Shown piece by piece: positions 1-8,267 of a stretch of 54,330 nucleotides of DNA. The notes under the pieces are model-generated. The model did not search any database. It saw only the letters and a list, made by a program, of their open reading frames with translations, and was not told the DNA's origin. The position numbers and the translations under genes were made by a program. Every line of letters starts with the position of its first letter. Position 1 is the first letter of the stretch. This DNA is from Bdellovibrionota bacterium (GTDB taxonomy: Bacteria > Bdellovibrionota > UBA1018 > UBA923), in NCBI GenBank assembly GCA_040754655.1, contig JBFMCE010000009.1, positions 1 to 54,330 of the forward strand, in the 5' to 3' direction.

Positions 1-844
1 AGAGCTTGCGGGCCTCGAGATCAAGTGAGGCTTGTTTTCCGAAGTTCCAATCAGGATCAAGTTGATAAAAGACGTAACCCCTGTGCAAGTTTTTCATTCG
101 TTCAAGAAAAACCGGCAGGGGTTCTTCAAGCACCTTCTTGGCCGAAGTTGAAGCATGGTAGATCAGGGGCTCCTGATTCGTTGAGATTCGCAGGATCATC
201 GCGTGCACCAAGCCCATGGGACCGGTTTCGCGCAAGTAGAGCTGGGCGTACTGCTCGCTAGGAACCGCAAACAAGATGTAGTGTCCCCGGGGCAAGGTTT
301 TCTGGCAGCGCAGCACCCCCTCGGCGTTGACGTACTGGAGTTCAAACTTGTTTTCGTCCATCTCGTAGAGTGGGCAAGAAAATTTGCGGTGTTTCAAGAA
401 AGCATCGATGTCTAGGGTGACGTGTTGGTAATAAGGAAAACCGCATTTGTTGAGGTTCACCTTGCGCAGCGGTTCCGGCTCGACGGAAAGCCAATGGTCG
501 ATGTAGTGTTTTCGCAGCGAAAAAGCGGGCCTTCCGAAGTAGTAACGAATCTTGTCTAGAACCAGGGCTTTCTCAGCCGGGTTCGCGCCATAAATTTCAG
601 CAAGCACGAGTTGCAGCCAGATCATGCAATTCACGGTGTCTTTGGGATGGCGCGGGTCGGCATCCCAGCCGCCAACACCTTCCCCAAGCACGTCTTCCAG
701 AGTAACTTCGTAGTGCATTGATTTTGCTATGGCTTCAACATATCGTGACTCAAGTTGATCAAGAGTGAGTTTGGCGTGCGCGGTTTTGGGTGCAAGTGAA
801 ATGAGTGCCCCGATTGATGAGGATAAGATGAGAAGCCGAAGCAT
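1..844 (-). CDS. DUF1460 / N-acetylmuramoyl-L-alanine amidase-like (NlpC/P60 superfamily) secreted protein, 3' end outside window
   Basis: Not in the ORF track because it has no stop in the window. Manual translation from ATG 844: MLRLLILSSSIGALISLAPKTAHA (signal peptide)...VLGEGVGGWDADPRHPKDTVNCMIWLQLVLA...KIRYYFG..RKHY..W...LVHAM...IYHAS, matching the LGEG-D-DP-(D/N)C, IRY-G, RxH(F/Y) and HAS motifs of DUF1460. Confidence 0.75.
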   Translation of the reverse strand, partial: MLRLLILSSSIGALISLAPKTAHAKLTLDQLESRYVEAIAKSMHYEVTLEDVLGEGVGGWDADPRHPKDTVNCMIWLQLVLAEIYGANPAEKALVLDKIRYYFGRPAFSLRKHYIDHWLSVEPEPLRKVNLNKCGFPYYQHVTLDIDAFLKHRKFSCPLYEMDENKFELQYVNAEGVLRCQKTLPRGHYILFAVPSEQYAQLYLRETGPMGLVHAMILRISTNQEPLIYHASTSAKKVLEEPLPVFLERMKNLHRGYVFYQLDPDWNFGKQASLDLEARKL

Positions 845-880
845 TGCTAAAAGAATACCATAAATCGTGCGAGGGGTAGC

Positions 881-1669
881 ATGCGTCAGCGCGGACAGGA
901 CTTTATTGGGAAGAAGGTGCTCATCACAGGAGGGACAAAGGGCCTGGGACTTTGTTGCGCCAAGATGTTCTCTGCCTTTGGCGCCACTGAGATCTTTGTG
1001 TCGTATCGCTCAGATCATGAAGCGGCGGGGCGTGCGCGCGAGGAGATCGAACGTCTTGGCGCGAAATGCACCGCGATCTCGTGCGATTTGACCGAAGAGG
1101 GATCCGTCGATCTTCTCTTTGACGAGCTGCAAAAACATACATCAACCATAGATATTTATATTCACAACGCGGCCGCGACGGCCTTCAAGAGTTTGCTTGA
1201 GCTGAAAGCGCATCATATAGACAAAACCTTCAATCTCACGGTGAAGGCCTTTATTCTGGGTGTGCAGCGCGCGGTTGCGATGATGCAAGGGTCGGGCGCC
1301 ATTGTCGCGATCAGCGGGATGGACACCTTGAAGGCGGTGCCACGACATGGCCTTTTGGGCGCGGCGAAATCGGCTCTCGAAACGCTTGTCGCGTATTACG
1401 CGCACGAATTGGCCCAGCGGAGTATCCGGGTCAACTCGGTCAATCCAGGCTTTCTAGAGACAGATTCAACCAAGAAGTATTTAGGAGCGGCTTTTGACCA
1501 GGCACGGCATGCCTTTTCTGAGGCCGTGCCGCTTAAACGCGCGCCAAGACTGGAGGAGGTGGGTGAGGCTGTTTTGTTCCTGTGCGAAGAACGCTCAAGC
1601 TGGATCATCGGACAGACGTTGATCGTAGATGGGGGACTCGATTTTTCTTTGCCCGTACGGTCAAATTGA
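881..1669 (+). CDS. SDR-family oxidoreductase, FabL-like enoyl-ACP reductase
   Basis: TGGTKGLG Rossmann motif, HNAA, IRVNSVNPG, GQTLIVDGG; x6-K spacing as in FabL but HGLLGAAK (His in place of Tyr); GAGGGG RBS. Confidence 0.85.
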   Translation: MRQRGQDFIGKKVLITGGTKGLGLCCAKMFSAFGATEIFVSYRSDHEAAGRAREEIERLGAKCTAISCDLTEEGSVDLLFDELQKHTSTIDIYIHNAAATAFKSLLELKAHHIDKTFNLTVKAFILGVQRAVAMMQGSGAIVAISGMDTLKAVPRHGLLGAAKSALETLVAYYAHELAQRSIRVNSVNPGFLETDSTKKYLGAAFDQARHAFSEAVPLKRAPRLEEVGEAVLFLCEERSSWIIGQTLIVDGGLDFSLPVRSN

Positions 1670-1710
1670 CCTGCTCTTGAGCAGAGAAAATAAACAGGAG
1701 GCGCTCTACG

Positions 1711-1968
1711 ATGATCAACGGCACAAAACTAACAGGCCTTTGGAAGAAAAAAGACCGTTCCGGCAAAGAATACTTTGTTGGTTCTCTGTCTGCTACCGCG
1801 CGATTCGTTGTTTTCCCGAACGGGTATAAATCAAAAGACTCCGAGCCTGATTATTATCTCTTCGTCGTACCCGCTCAGCCCAAGGAAGATCCGAATCCTG
1901 TTGAATCAAGGCAGGCAGCGCAGGTCACGCCGCATTCAAACGCGGCGAAAAAAGCTAGGGTCGCGTGA
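1711..1968 (+). CDS. small DUF736-like protein (possible ssDNA-binding fold)
   Basis: GLWKKKDRSGKEYFVGSL...VFPNGYK..SEPDYYL pattern; AGGAGG RBS upstream. Confidence 0.6.
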   Translation: MINGTKLTGLWKKKDRSGKEYFVGSLSATARFVVFPNGYKSKDSEPDYYLFVVPAQPKEDPNPVESRQAAQVTPHSNAAKKARVA

Positions 1969-1977
1969 ATTGAGCGC

Positions 1978-2439
1978 TTAAAGCAGGCTTATGACGGCGC
2001 CGATAAGGCGCCAGGCTGAATACGCGACACAGGCTAAAAGAGCCACGGCGCAGGCCAGAATCAAACCCACCTTCAAGCGAGATTCTTTTTGCGTGCGTTT
2101 GGGGTTGCTGCAGTACTCTAACAAGAGGCCAGCATTGCGTTGATTCGCCTTCCAGGCCGCATCAAAGAGATCGCCGGCGATCGGTACGGCTCCCAATCCA
2201 GAGTCGACGGCGATATTCGAGAGTATGCGCAAGAGAACGGAAGCTGGCGCTCGCAGGCGCAAGGCCTCGTAGAAAAAATAGAGCGCAAACAGCGTTGAGA
2301 TGAGGTCACCGATTCCCGGGATGAGGCCCAGGGCGGCGTCCCAGCCAATGCGAAACGACGTGCCCGGCACTTGAAACTTCGAGTCAAGCAGCACCGCCAG
2401 AGACTTTAAACGGCGTTCTATCTCATCTTTAGATTTCAT
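1978..2439 (-). CDS. DUF4112 domain membrane protein
   Basis: LLDSKFQVPGTSFRIGWDAALGLIPGIGD...GAVPIAGDLFDAAWKANQRN signature. Confidence 0.9.
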   Translation of the reverse strand: MKSKDEIERRLKSLAVLLDSKFQVPGTSFRIGWDAALGLIPGIGDLISTLFALYFFYEALRLRAPASVLLRILSNIAVDSGLGAVPIAGDLFDAAWKANQRNAGLLLEYCSNPKRTQKESRLKVGLILACAVALLACVAYSAWRLIGAVISLL

Positions 2440-2456
2440 GGTACCCCTGATCTTGC

Positions 2457-2888
2457 ATGGAAAACGTCAAAACCACCCACAATATACCAGTGGGGTATCT
2501 TTTTTGGGTCTTCGGATTCACTGGCTCGCATCGTTTTTACTATGGGCGTCCCATTAGCGGCACTCTTTATTTCTTCACGTTTGGGCTGCTTGGGATCGGC
2601 TGGTTGGTCGACCTCTTTTTGATTCCTTCAATGGAACGGGAAGCCGATCTTCACTTCAAGCCTGGTCGCAAGGATTACACGGCTTCATGGCTTTTGCTTA
2701 CTTACTTGGGCATCTTCGGCGCGCACCGGTTTTACTTGGGCAAGTGGGTCACGGGGTTGATCTATCTGTTCACGGGCGGACTGTTTACGATCGGTTATGT
2801 CTACGACTATTGGACGTTGAACGATCAGATCAGCGAAGCCAACGCCGAATTTGCGAGTCTTCAAGGTCAAGGCTCGCGGTCCGTTTAG
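2457..2888 (+). CDS. TM2 domain-containing membrane protein (two TM2 repeats)
   Basis: Two copies of G(S/A)HRFYxG...G(T/L)(L/I)Y.FT.GL..IG. Confidence 0.9.
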   Translation: MENVKTTHNIPVGYLFWVFGFTGSHRFYYGRPISGTLYFFTFGLLGIGWLVDLFLIPSMEREADLHFKPGRKDYTASWLLLTYLGIFGAHRFYLGKWVTGLIYLFTGGLFTIGYVYDYWTLNDQISEANAEFASLQGQGSRSV

Positions 2889-3553
2889 AGAGGCCTGGTC
2901 AGATCGACAAAGCTTTCAAGTTGGGCGAACTTCGTCTCGCGCGAGAGTTTCTGCCACCGGTGGGAGAGAGTGCTTTCAAGCATCAACTCCAAGAGTTCTT
3001 TGCCGTAATGTTTCTTGAAGCCGAAAGCGCCCCATGCCTTGCAGTTCTTTTTTTCCATGCCTGATGGGATTTCGCGAGGCTTTTCACAGAGCACGAAGCG
3101 AGATGGATCAACGATTCCCCAGGCGCAAAAAGGGCCGTGGGTTTCTTCATTCACATCAAAGAGTGCAAATGCGGCGTGAGCGCCTTGGCGCAGCGCCGCT
3201 GAGAGTTGGTCAAGGACGTGGGCAGGTTTAAAACGAGTGTCAGGCAATACGACCAAGTTGTTTTCGCTCCAATGCAACTGGCTTTGCAAAAGGGAATCAG
3301 GCCATTCCAATGACTCCTTGATCTCACAGGTTTCAAGAACGGGGTGGAGTGGCGAGCGTTTGAATGCAAGATACTCAATGAGTTCTGTTTTCTGCGCGCG
3401 CGTTACGACGACGCTTTTCCATTTCCGATCTCTCGCGTGCTCAATGCACCAATCGATCATCGGCAAGCCGCGCTCGTCAGCAAGAAGTTCTTTTGCCCTG
3501 GGCGAACCTACGCGCTTGCCGAACCCGGCGGCAGGCACTAGTAGTGTGGGCAT
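2885..3553 (-). CDS. nucleotidyltransferase (NTP_transferase / GT-A fold) family protein
   Basis: LLVPAAGFGKRVGSPRAKELL N-terminal motif, VVLPD, WGIV..EKP; start at ATG 3553 (alternative ATG 3580). Confidence 0.75.
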   Translation of the reverse strand: MPTLLVPAAGFGKRVGSPRAKELLADERGLPMIDWCIEHARDRKWKSVVVTRAQKTELIEYLAFKRSPLHPVLETCEIKESLEWPDSLLQSQLHWSENNLVVLPDTRFKPAHVLDQLSAALRQGAHAAFALFDVNEETHGPFCAWGIVDPSRFVLCEKPREIPSGMEKKNCKAWGAFGFKKHYGKELLELMLESTLSHRWQKLSRETKFAQLESFVDLTRPL

Positions 3554-4424
3554 GGCTGGCGAGTCCAATGGGTTTTGCATTGTCGTGCTTAGTTACAATC
3601 ATCCAGGCCTGACTTCAACTGCGTTGAAGTCGGTCCGCTCGAAAGGGACATTCCCGGCCATTTTGGTGCACAACGGAAGTTTGCCCGAGCATCGAGAGGC
3701 TTTGCTGAAAGAGTTTTCCGACGTTGACCACGTTATTCTGGAAACAAATCGGGGTTATTCCGGCGGAGCGAACTTTGGGATCTCCAAAGGATTTGAAAAA
3801 GCGGAGTGGGTGGTCTTCCTCACGAATGATTGCGTACTTGAGAGCCTGCCTCATTTTCCAGATCAACCGGCCGTTCTTGCGCCGCAAATTCTCATTCGAA
3901 ACACGGGAAAAGTGGATTCTTTGAAAGGGTGGTTCAATCCTGCGATGGCGAGACTTGAACATCAGATTCGGCTAGACGATGGCAGTCGTTCAGAACAGTG
4001 GCGTGATTACGCGCCCGGCACCGCGTTTGCCGTGCATAAGAAGATTTGGACTCAGGTAGGAGGGTTTGATGAAAGCTTAGGCACCTATTGGGAGGATGTA
4101 GACTGGAGCCAGCGGGTTCGGCGAGAAAACTTCTTGATCGCGTCTGATCTTGAATGGAAGGTCAATCACGGCATTGGAAAGACCTGTCGAAAACAGAAAT
4201 TTTATACCATTTATCTGTATCAACGAAACCGAGCCCTCGTGAGCTGGCGCTATGCGGAAGCTGGTGAGCGTGTGCGCCTAGGCATGGTTTTGCTGCTGTC
4301 TTGGACGTTCTTAGGAGCGCGACTGCTGGCGAAGCGCCGTTTTGATGACCTCCGACTGCTTTTTCAGGCGGTTTGGCATTCGGCCGGATTGGGCTCGCGA
4401 GCCGCTTTACGCCGCTTTTTTTGA
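3552..4424 (+). CDS. glycosyltransferase family 2 (WbbL/rhamnosyltransferase-like)
   Basis: IVVLSYN, NRGYSGGANFG, FLTND, VGGFDESLGTYWEDVDWSQR; start reassigned to ATG 3552 because the upstream extension is antisense to the nucleotidyltransferase. Confidence 0.85.
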   Translation: MAGESNGFCIVVLSYNHPGLTSTALKSVRSKGTFPAILVHNGSLPEHREALLKEFSDVDHVILETNRGYSGGANFGISKGFEKAEWVVFLTNDCVLESLPHFPDQPAVLAPQILIRNTGKVDSLKGWFNPAMARLEHQIRLDDGSRSEQWRDYAPGTAFAVHKKIWTQVGGFDESLGTYWEDVDWSQRVRRENFLIASDLEWKVNHGIGKTCRKQKFYTIYLYQRNRALVSWRYAEAGERVRLGMVLLLSWTFLGARLLAKRRFDDLRLLFQAVWHSAGLGSRAALRRFF

Positions 4425-5462
4425 AAGTCGAGCCTTAGGCAGCTGACCGAAGCAAGTCGTGCGGTTTCTGCCTTCAGTTTTTGACTGATACAGGGCTTGA
4501 TCGGCGCGCTCGAGGATTTCAGAGGGCTTTTCACCATCAGAGGGAAAACTGGCGATACCGATGCTCACGCTTACGCATCCCAGGGGTTGTTTTTCCCGAT
4601 GGGTGAATGCTTCGTTTGCGATCGCGATGCGGATGCGTTCGGCGAGAGCGTATGCCGTCTGCGTGTCGGTATTGGGACAGAGCACGACAAATTCTTCTCC
4701 GCCGTAGCGCGCGGCAAGGTCAGTGGTTCGCGAGTGCTTTTCAATGATCTTCGCAGTACCCCTTAAGACTTCATCTCCTTCAGGGTGCCCGTTTTGGTCA
4801 TTGTACTTCTTGAAATGGTCGACATCGCAAAACAAGATTGCGTAGGGGTGTTTGTATCGCAGAGCGCGCACATGTTCTTTTTCAAGTTGGGCTTGAAACC
4901 GCCTGAAGTTGCTCAAGCCCGTCATTTCATCGGTGACCGACGCTTTTTCGAGCTTAAGAGTGAGTTCCTCCAATGAGCGCTGGGCTTGGCGGATGGCGGT
5001 CACGTCTTTCGCTACGAGTTGAAGGACCTCGATGTTTCGCGCTAGTTTAAGATTGCAGGCTGAAATTTCAAGAAAAACCTTTTTCGAGCCCATGAGAAAG
5101 AGAGCGTCAACGGGTTGTTGAGCCTCGTTTGATTGTGAGGCGCCCTTCAAATACTTCTCAAGCGTGATGCGATCCCGTTCGACGACCCAAGATAAGATTG
5201 GTTTGCCCACAACAGGCTGCGGAGCGCTTGTCAGCAACTCCAGGCCCGCTCGATTGCATTCGAGGATTCGAAAATTCTTCCGCTCAACCAGGAAGACTCC
5301 GTCGATCATCTTGTGAAAGAGGTCAGAGTAAGCGGCGATCTGCGAAAGCGTGCCTCCGACGACCTCGCCGTTAAGCAGTTCGAAGGCCATGCGTTCCTCG
5401 GCCGAAGAGATCGATTCGGGAGCCGAAGAGTCGTCTTCGCGTGGTTTCCTTTTCGTTCCCAT
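4407..5462 (-). CDS. PAS-GGDEF diguanylate cyclase
   Basis: TDEMTGLSNFR, DVDHFKKYND.NGH.EGD, RTTD I-site, ARYGGEEF active site; N-terminal PAS-like region. Confidence 0.92.
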   Translation of the reverse strand: MGTKRKPREDDSSAPESISSAEERMAFELLNGEVVGGTLSQIAAYSDLFHKMIDGVFLVERKNFRILECNRAGLELLTSAPQPVVGKPILSWVVERDRITLEKYLKGASQSNEAQQPVDALFLMGSKKVFLEISACNLKLARNIEVLQLVAKDVTAIRQAQRSLEELTLKLEKASVTDEMTGLSNFRRFQAQLEKEHVRALRYKHPYAILFCDVDHFKKYNDQNGHPEGDEVLRGTAKIIEKHSRTTDLAARYGGEEFVVLCPNTDTQTAYALAERIRIAIANEAFTHREKQPLGCVSVSIGIASFPSDGEKPSEILERADQALYQSKTEGRNRTTCFGQLPKARLSKKAA

Positions 5463-5601
5463 CCATTCATCGGTTCGGGTTATTTTCTGAATGGGTTGAG
5501 TGGATATGTTTTTCCCAGCGCCCTTTTTATAAATAATTTTTATATAGTCGGGATAAAAGAATACTTGATTTCCTCATTTTCTAATCTAACCTTCCTACTA
5601 T

Positions 5602-6420
5602 ATGCAAATGATCAAATGGATCGGGGTGTTGTTGGGAGGCGTCGTCGCGAGCGCAGCCGCATTCGGAGCCGAAACCGTGAAGGCGACATCAGTTTTTGAG
5701 AAGCCCACTTACGGGAGTAAGCAAGTCGAGGTTCTGCCGGCCAATGCGCCAGTGACGGTCGTAGGCAAAGAGTATAGGGACGAAGGCTTGAGCTGGATCC
5801 CTGTGCAGGTCTCGAACGGCAAGGGTTGGCTGCCAAAAGAAAGCGTTTCACTCGCTTCGAAAGACATAGGGTACGAAGATTGGGAGGGCAAGGACAAGGC
5901 TCTCTGGCTCTGGTTCTCTGCGGGGCCCGCCGCGATGTACTCTGATAAGTTCTATCCGGCGCTGAGGGTTGTGGGTGGGTTGGATTGGTATGTAAATCGC
6001 CACCGCCGTTTTTTCATCGGTACTTTTGTCTCAAGCCCGTTTTCGAAGGAAGAGATATCTACGGATCACAGTGGGCGCTTCCAGCGCTACAACACTTATT
6101 TCTCGGTGGGTTATCAACTCGTTCCGGGGGTGTGGTTCACCCGATTCGGCCTTGGGTTGTCGGTTCTGGCAGGAGCCAACCGCAACTTCTCGAGAAAATT
6201 CGGCGCATCTGCTTCAGCTGAGCTCGGCTACCAGGTTCCGTTCAACGACTTTTCGAAGCTTGCGGTGAGCTTTAGTTTCGAATACACCGGCAAGTCGAGG
6301 CAATCCGTGAACTTCTTTCAGGACCTCTATCATTGCACGTTCGGAGGATGTGATCCTTCGATTCCCGTGCCAAGCGCTGTGATCATGGGCTTGAATGTTT
6401 CATATAATTTTGCGCCATAA
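5602..6420 (+). CDS. secreted protein, SH3-like N-terminal domain plus probable outer-membrane beta-barrel
   Basis: Signal peptide; W(I)PVQV.NGKGWLP SH3b-like motif; alternating amphipathic beta-strands ending NVSYNF. Confidence 0.55.
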   Translation: MQMIKWIGVLLGGVVASAAAFGAETVKATSVFEKPTYGSKQVEVLPANAPVTVVGKEYRDEGLSWIPVQVSNGKGWLPKESVSLASKDIGYEDWEGKDKALWLWFSAGPAAMYSDKFYPALRVVGGLDWYVNRHRRFFIGTFVSSPFSKEEISTDHSGRFQRYNTYFSVGYQLVPGVWFTRFGLGLSVLAGANRNFSRKFGASASAELGYQVPFNDFSKLAVSFSFEYTGKSRQSVNFFQDLYHCTFGGCDPSIPVPSAVIMGLNVSYNFAP

Positions 6421-6439
6421 CCAGGAAAGGTTGAGATGA

Positions 6440-7144
6440 ATGTTTCGTATCAATAAAGGCTTGGTTCTTATCGCAATCCTAGTAGCGGCGGGTCTCAGCC
6501 CCCTTCACGGTTCAGCTCAAGAGAAGGGTTCTGAAAAGCCACGCCAGGAAGAATCTTACGAGGGTAAGTCAGACGGTTATGGCAAAACCCACGGTCTCTT
6601 AGGGCCAGTGGTTCTAGGGCCTGCGGTCAGTTTGCTCGCTTTTCCCCATCCCATTGAGGTTGGCTTGGAAGGGAAGTACAAAGATCTTTTCGGGTTTGGC
6701 CTTACGTATGGCTTCATTCCTGATCTCGTCATCAAGACGGCGAAGATCAACACGAAAGCTTTTGATGCCCGCGTGAGGTGGTTTCCGTTTCGCGGGGCGT
6801 TCTTCGTGGGGATGGCATTTGGCACTCAGACCATCAGCGCGAAGAAAAGCGCTGAAATCCAAAGCATCAAAGTAAATGCCGAAGTCGAGGTGCAGTCGTC
6901 TTTTTACACCCCTCACGTGGGGTGGAGATGGGTTTGGCCATCAGGATACTTCATGGGCGTCGATCTGGGATGGCAACTTGCCTCAGGGGCGGAGACTACG
7001 CTCACCACGGACGTGCGCAACGTACTGCTTCTGGCAACGCCTCAATACGGGCAACTTGAGAAGGACGTAAAGGATCTCGGCAACCAATACGGGAACAAAC
7101 CCCTTCCCATGTTCACGCTGATCCATTTCGGTTGGCTCTTTTGA
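6440..7144 (+). CDS. hypothetical outer-membrane beta-barrel protein
   Basis: Signal peptide, amphipathic strands (RVRWFPFRGAFFVG, HVGWRWVW), C-terminal Phe (FGWLF). Confidence 0.6.
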   Translation: MFRINKGLVLIAILVAAGLSPLHGSAQEKGSEKPRQEESYEGKSDGYGKTHGLLGPVVLGPAVSLLAFPHPIEVGLEGKYKDLFGFGLTYGFIPDLVIKTAKINTKAFDARVRWFPFRGAFFVGMAFGTQTISAKKSAEIQSIKVNAEVEVQSSFYTPHVGWRWVWPSGYFMGVDLGWQLASGAETTLTTDVRNVLLLATPQYGQLEKDVKDLGNQYGNKPLPMFTLIHFGWLF

Positions 7145-7185
7145 TACGTTCGGAAATACACAAACTGAGAACCCGCAAGAGCCGT

Positions 7186-7659
7186 CTAGTGGTATGCTCC
7201 TTCGCCGAATAGCGCTGATGAAGTCGTTACCTCGACTTCATCCGTAGCTTTGTCTAAGTCATTTGCTTCTAGTCTCGCGTGCTCTGTCGGTTCATTAAGC
7301 AACACATCAATGAGACCGCCGAAGATGGAGATATTCTTCATGAAATGGATTTTCTGCTGGTCTCGTTCGGCTCCTTCCTTGTAATTCCAAAAGTCATGAA
7401 AAAGAAGGGTGGTCGGAACTAAAAACGCGGCAAGGGCTGATGCCCCCCATTTTGGTTTCAAGTTAAAGAAAAGCGAAGCAGCGCCAGAAAGTTCGGTCAT
7501 GGCGGCGGCCATTCGAAGCAGGGGAGTATGCGGAATTTGTTTATATGCCATGTAAGCCTCGGTTTTCTTGGGTTGCAGCAACTTCTCAAGGCCCGCGCCA
7601 AAGAAAGTCGAAGCAAGCAGGGAGCGACCGGCCGATTTCAAAACAGTTCGGGTTTCCAA
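7186..7659 (-). CDS. DoxX family membrane protein
   Basis: GRSLLA..F, FLVPTTLLFHDFW, HFMKNISIFGGL; TTG start with AGGAGG RBS. Confidence 0.9.
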   Translation of the reverse strand: METRTVLKSAGRSLLASTFFGAGLEKLLQPKKTEAYMAYKQIPHTPLLRMAAAMTELSGAASLFFNLKPKWGASALAAFLVPTTLLFHDFWNYKEGAERDQQKIHFMKNISIFGGLIDVLLNEPTEHARLEANDLDKATDEVEVTTSSALFGEGAYH

Positions 7660-7690
7660 GGATTCCTCCTTTTTTTCTTATTGTTAAGAG

Positions 7691-7721
7691 TGCAACGGGT
7701 ATGCCTGGAATAGGCGTTGCA
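7691..7721. promoter_or_regulatory. back-to-back divergent sigma54 (-24/-12) promoters
   Basis: Minus strand AGGCAT-ACCCG-TTGCA (7706-7691) and plus strand TGGAAT-AGGCG-TTGCA (7706-7721), both GG-N10-GC. Confidence 0.6.
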
Positions 7722-8247
7722 TAAGATCGGGCGATTGATACACCTGAGTTCGATAAGCTTTAAGCTTACCAGCAACGCATTTGAGAACGCACAACCGATT
7801 CCCAAGAAGTTTACGAGGGAAGGAAACGACCTTTCCCCGTCGCTCGAGTGGTCAGGAGCGCCAGCGCAAACAAAACAGTTTGTCCTTGTCTGCGAAGATC
7901 CCGACGCGCCACAAGACGAGCCTTGGGTGCATTGGCTGCTTTACAAGATTTCTCCGGCGTTGCTTGGCGTTCCTGAAGGCCTGCCGAAGTCAAAGATCAT
8001 TCAAGGCGCCGAAACTTTCTACCAAGGGAAGAATTCTTTTGGAGAGATTGGTTATGGCGGGCCCCTTCCTCCCAGGGGGCATGGCTGGCACCGTTATATT
8101 TTCAGGCTCTTTGCGATTGATGTTGAATTGCAAGAGCCCCCGGGGATTTCTAAACAGCAGTTGTTTGATGTGATGCGCTCGCACATTCTGACTTATGCCG
8201 AACTAGTCGGAACATACCGCAGGGAATCGATATTGCGCTCTGCGTGA
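7717..8247 (+). CDS. YbhB/YbcL family PEBP (Raf kinase inhibitor-like) protein
   Basis: FKLTSNAF..IP.KFT.EG.DLSP.LEW, CEDPDAP..WVHW, GYGGPLPPRGHGWHRYIFRLFAID; true start uncertain (7717, 7735 or non-canonical ATA 7753). Confidence 0.92.
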   Translation: MHKIGRLIHLSSISFKLTSNAFENAQPIPKKFTREGNDLSPSLEWSGAPAQTKQFVLVCEDPDAPQDEPWVHWLLYKISPALLGVPEGLPKSKIIQGAETFYQGKNSFGEIGYGGPLPPRGHGWHRYIFRLFAIDVELQEPPGISKQQLFDVMRSHILTYAELVGTYRRESILRSA

Positions 8248-8267
8248 GGATGTGACGATCAAAGGCG

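Noticed and set aside
25..415. Short plus-strand ORFs at the left edge
   Set aside because: Antisense to the DUF1460-like gene
3237..3551. N-terminal extension of the 395-aa GT2 ORF
   Set aside because: Antisense to the nucleotidyltransferase; GT2 homology begins only after ATG 3552
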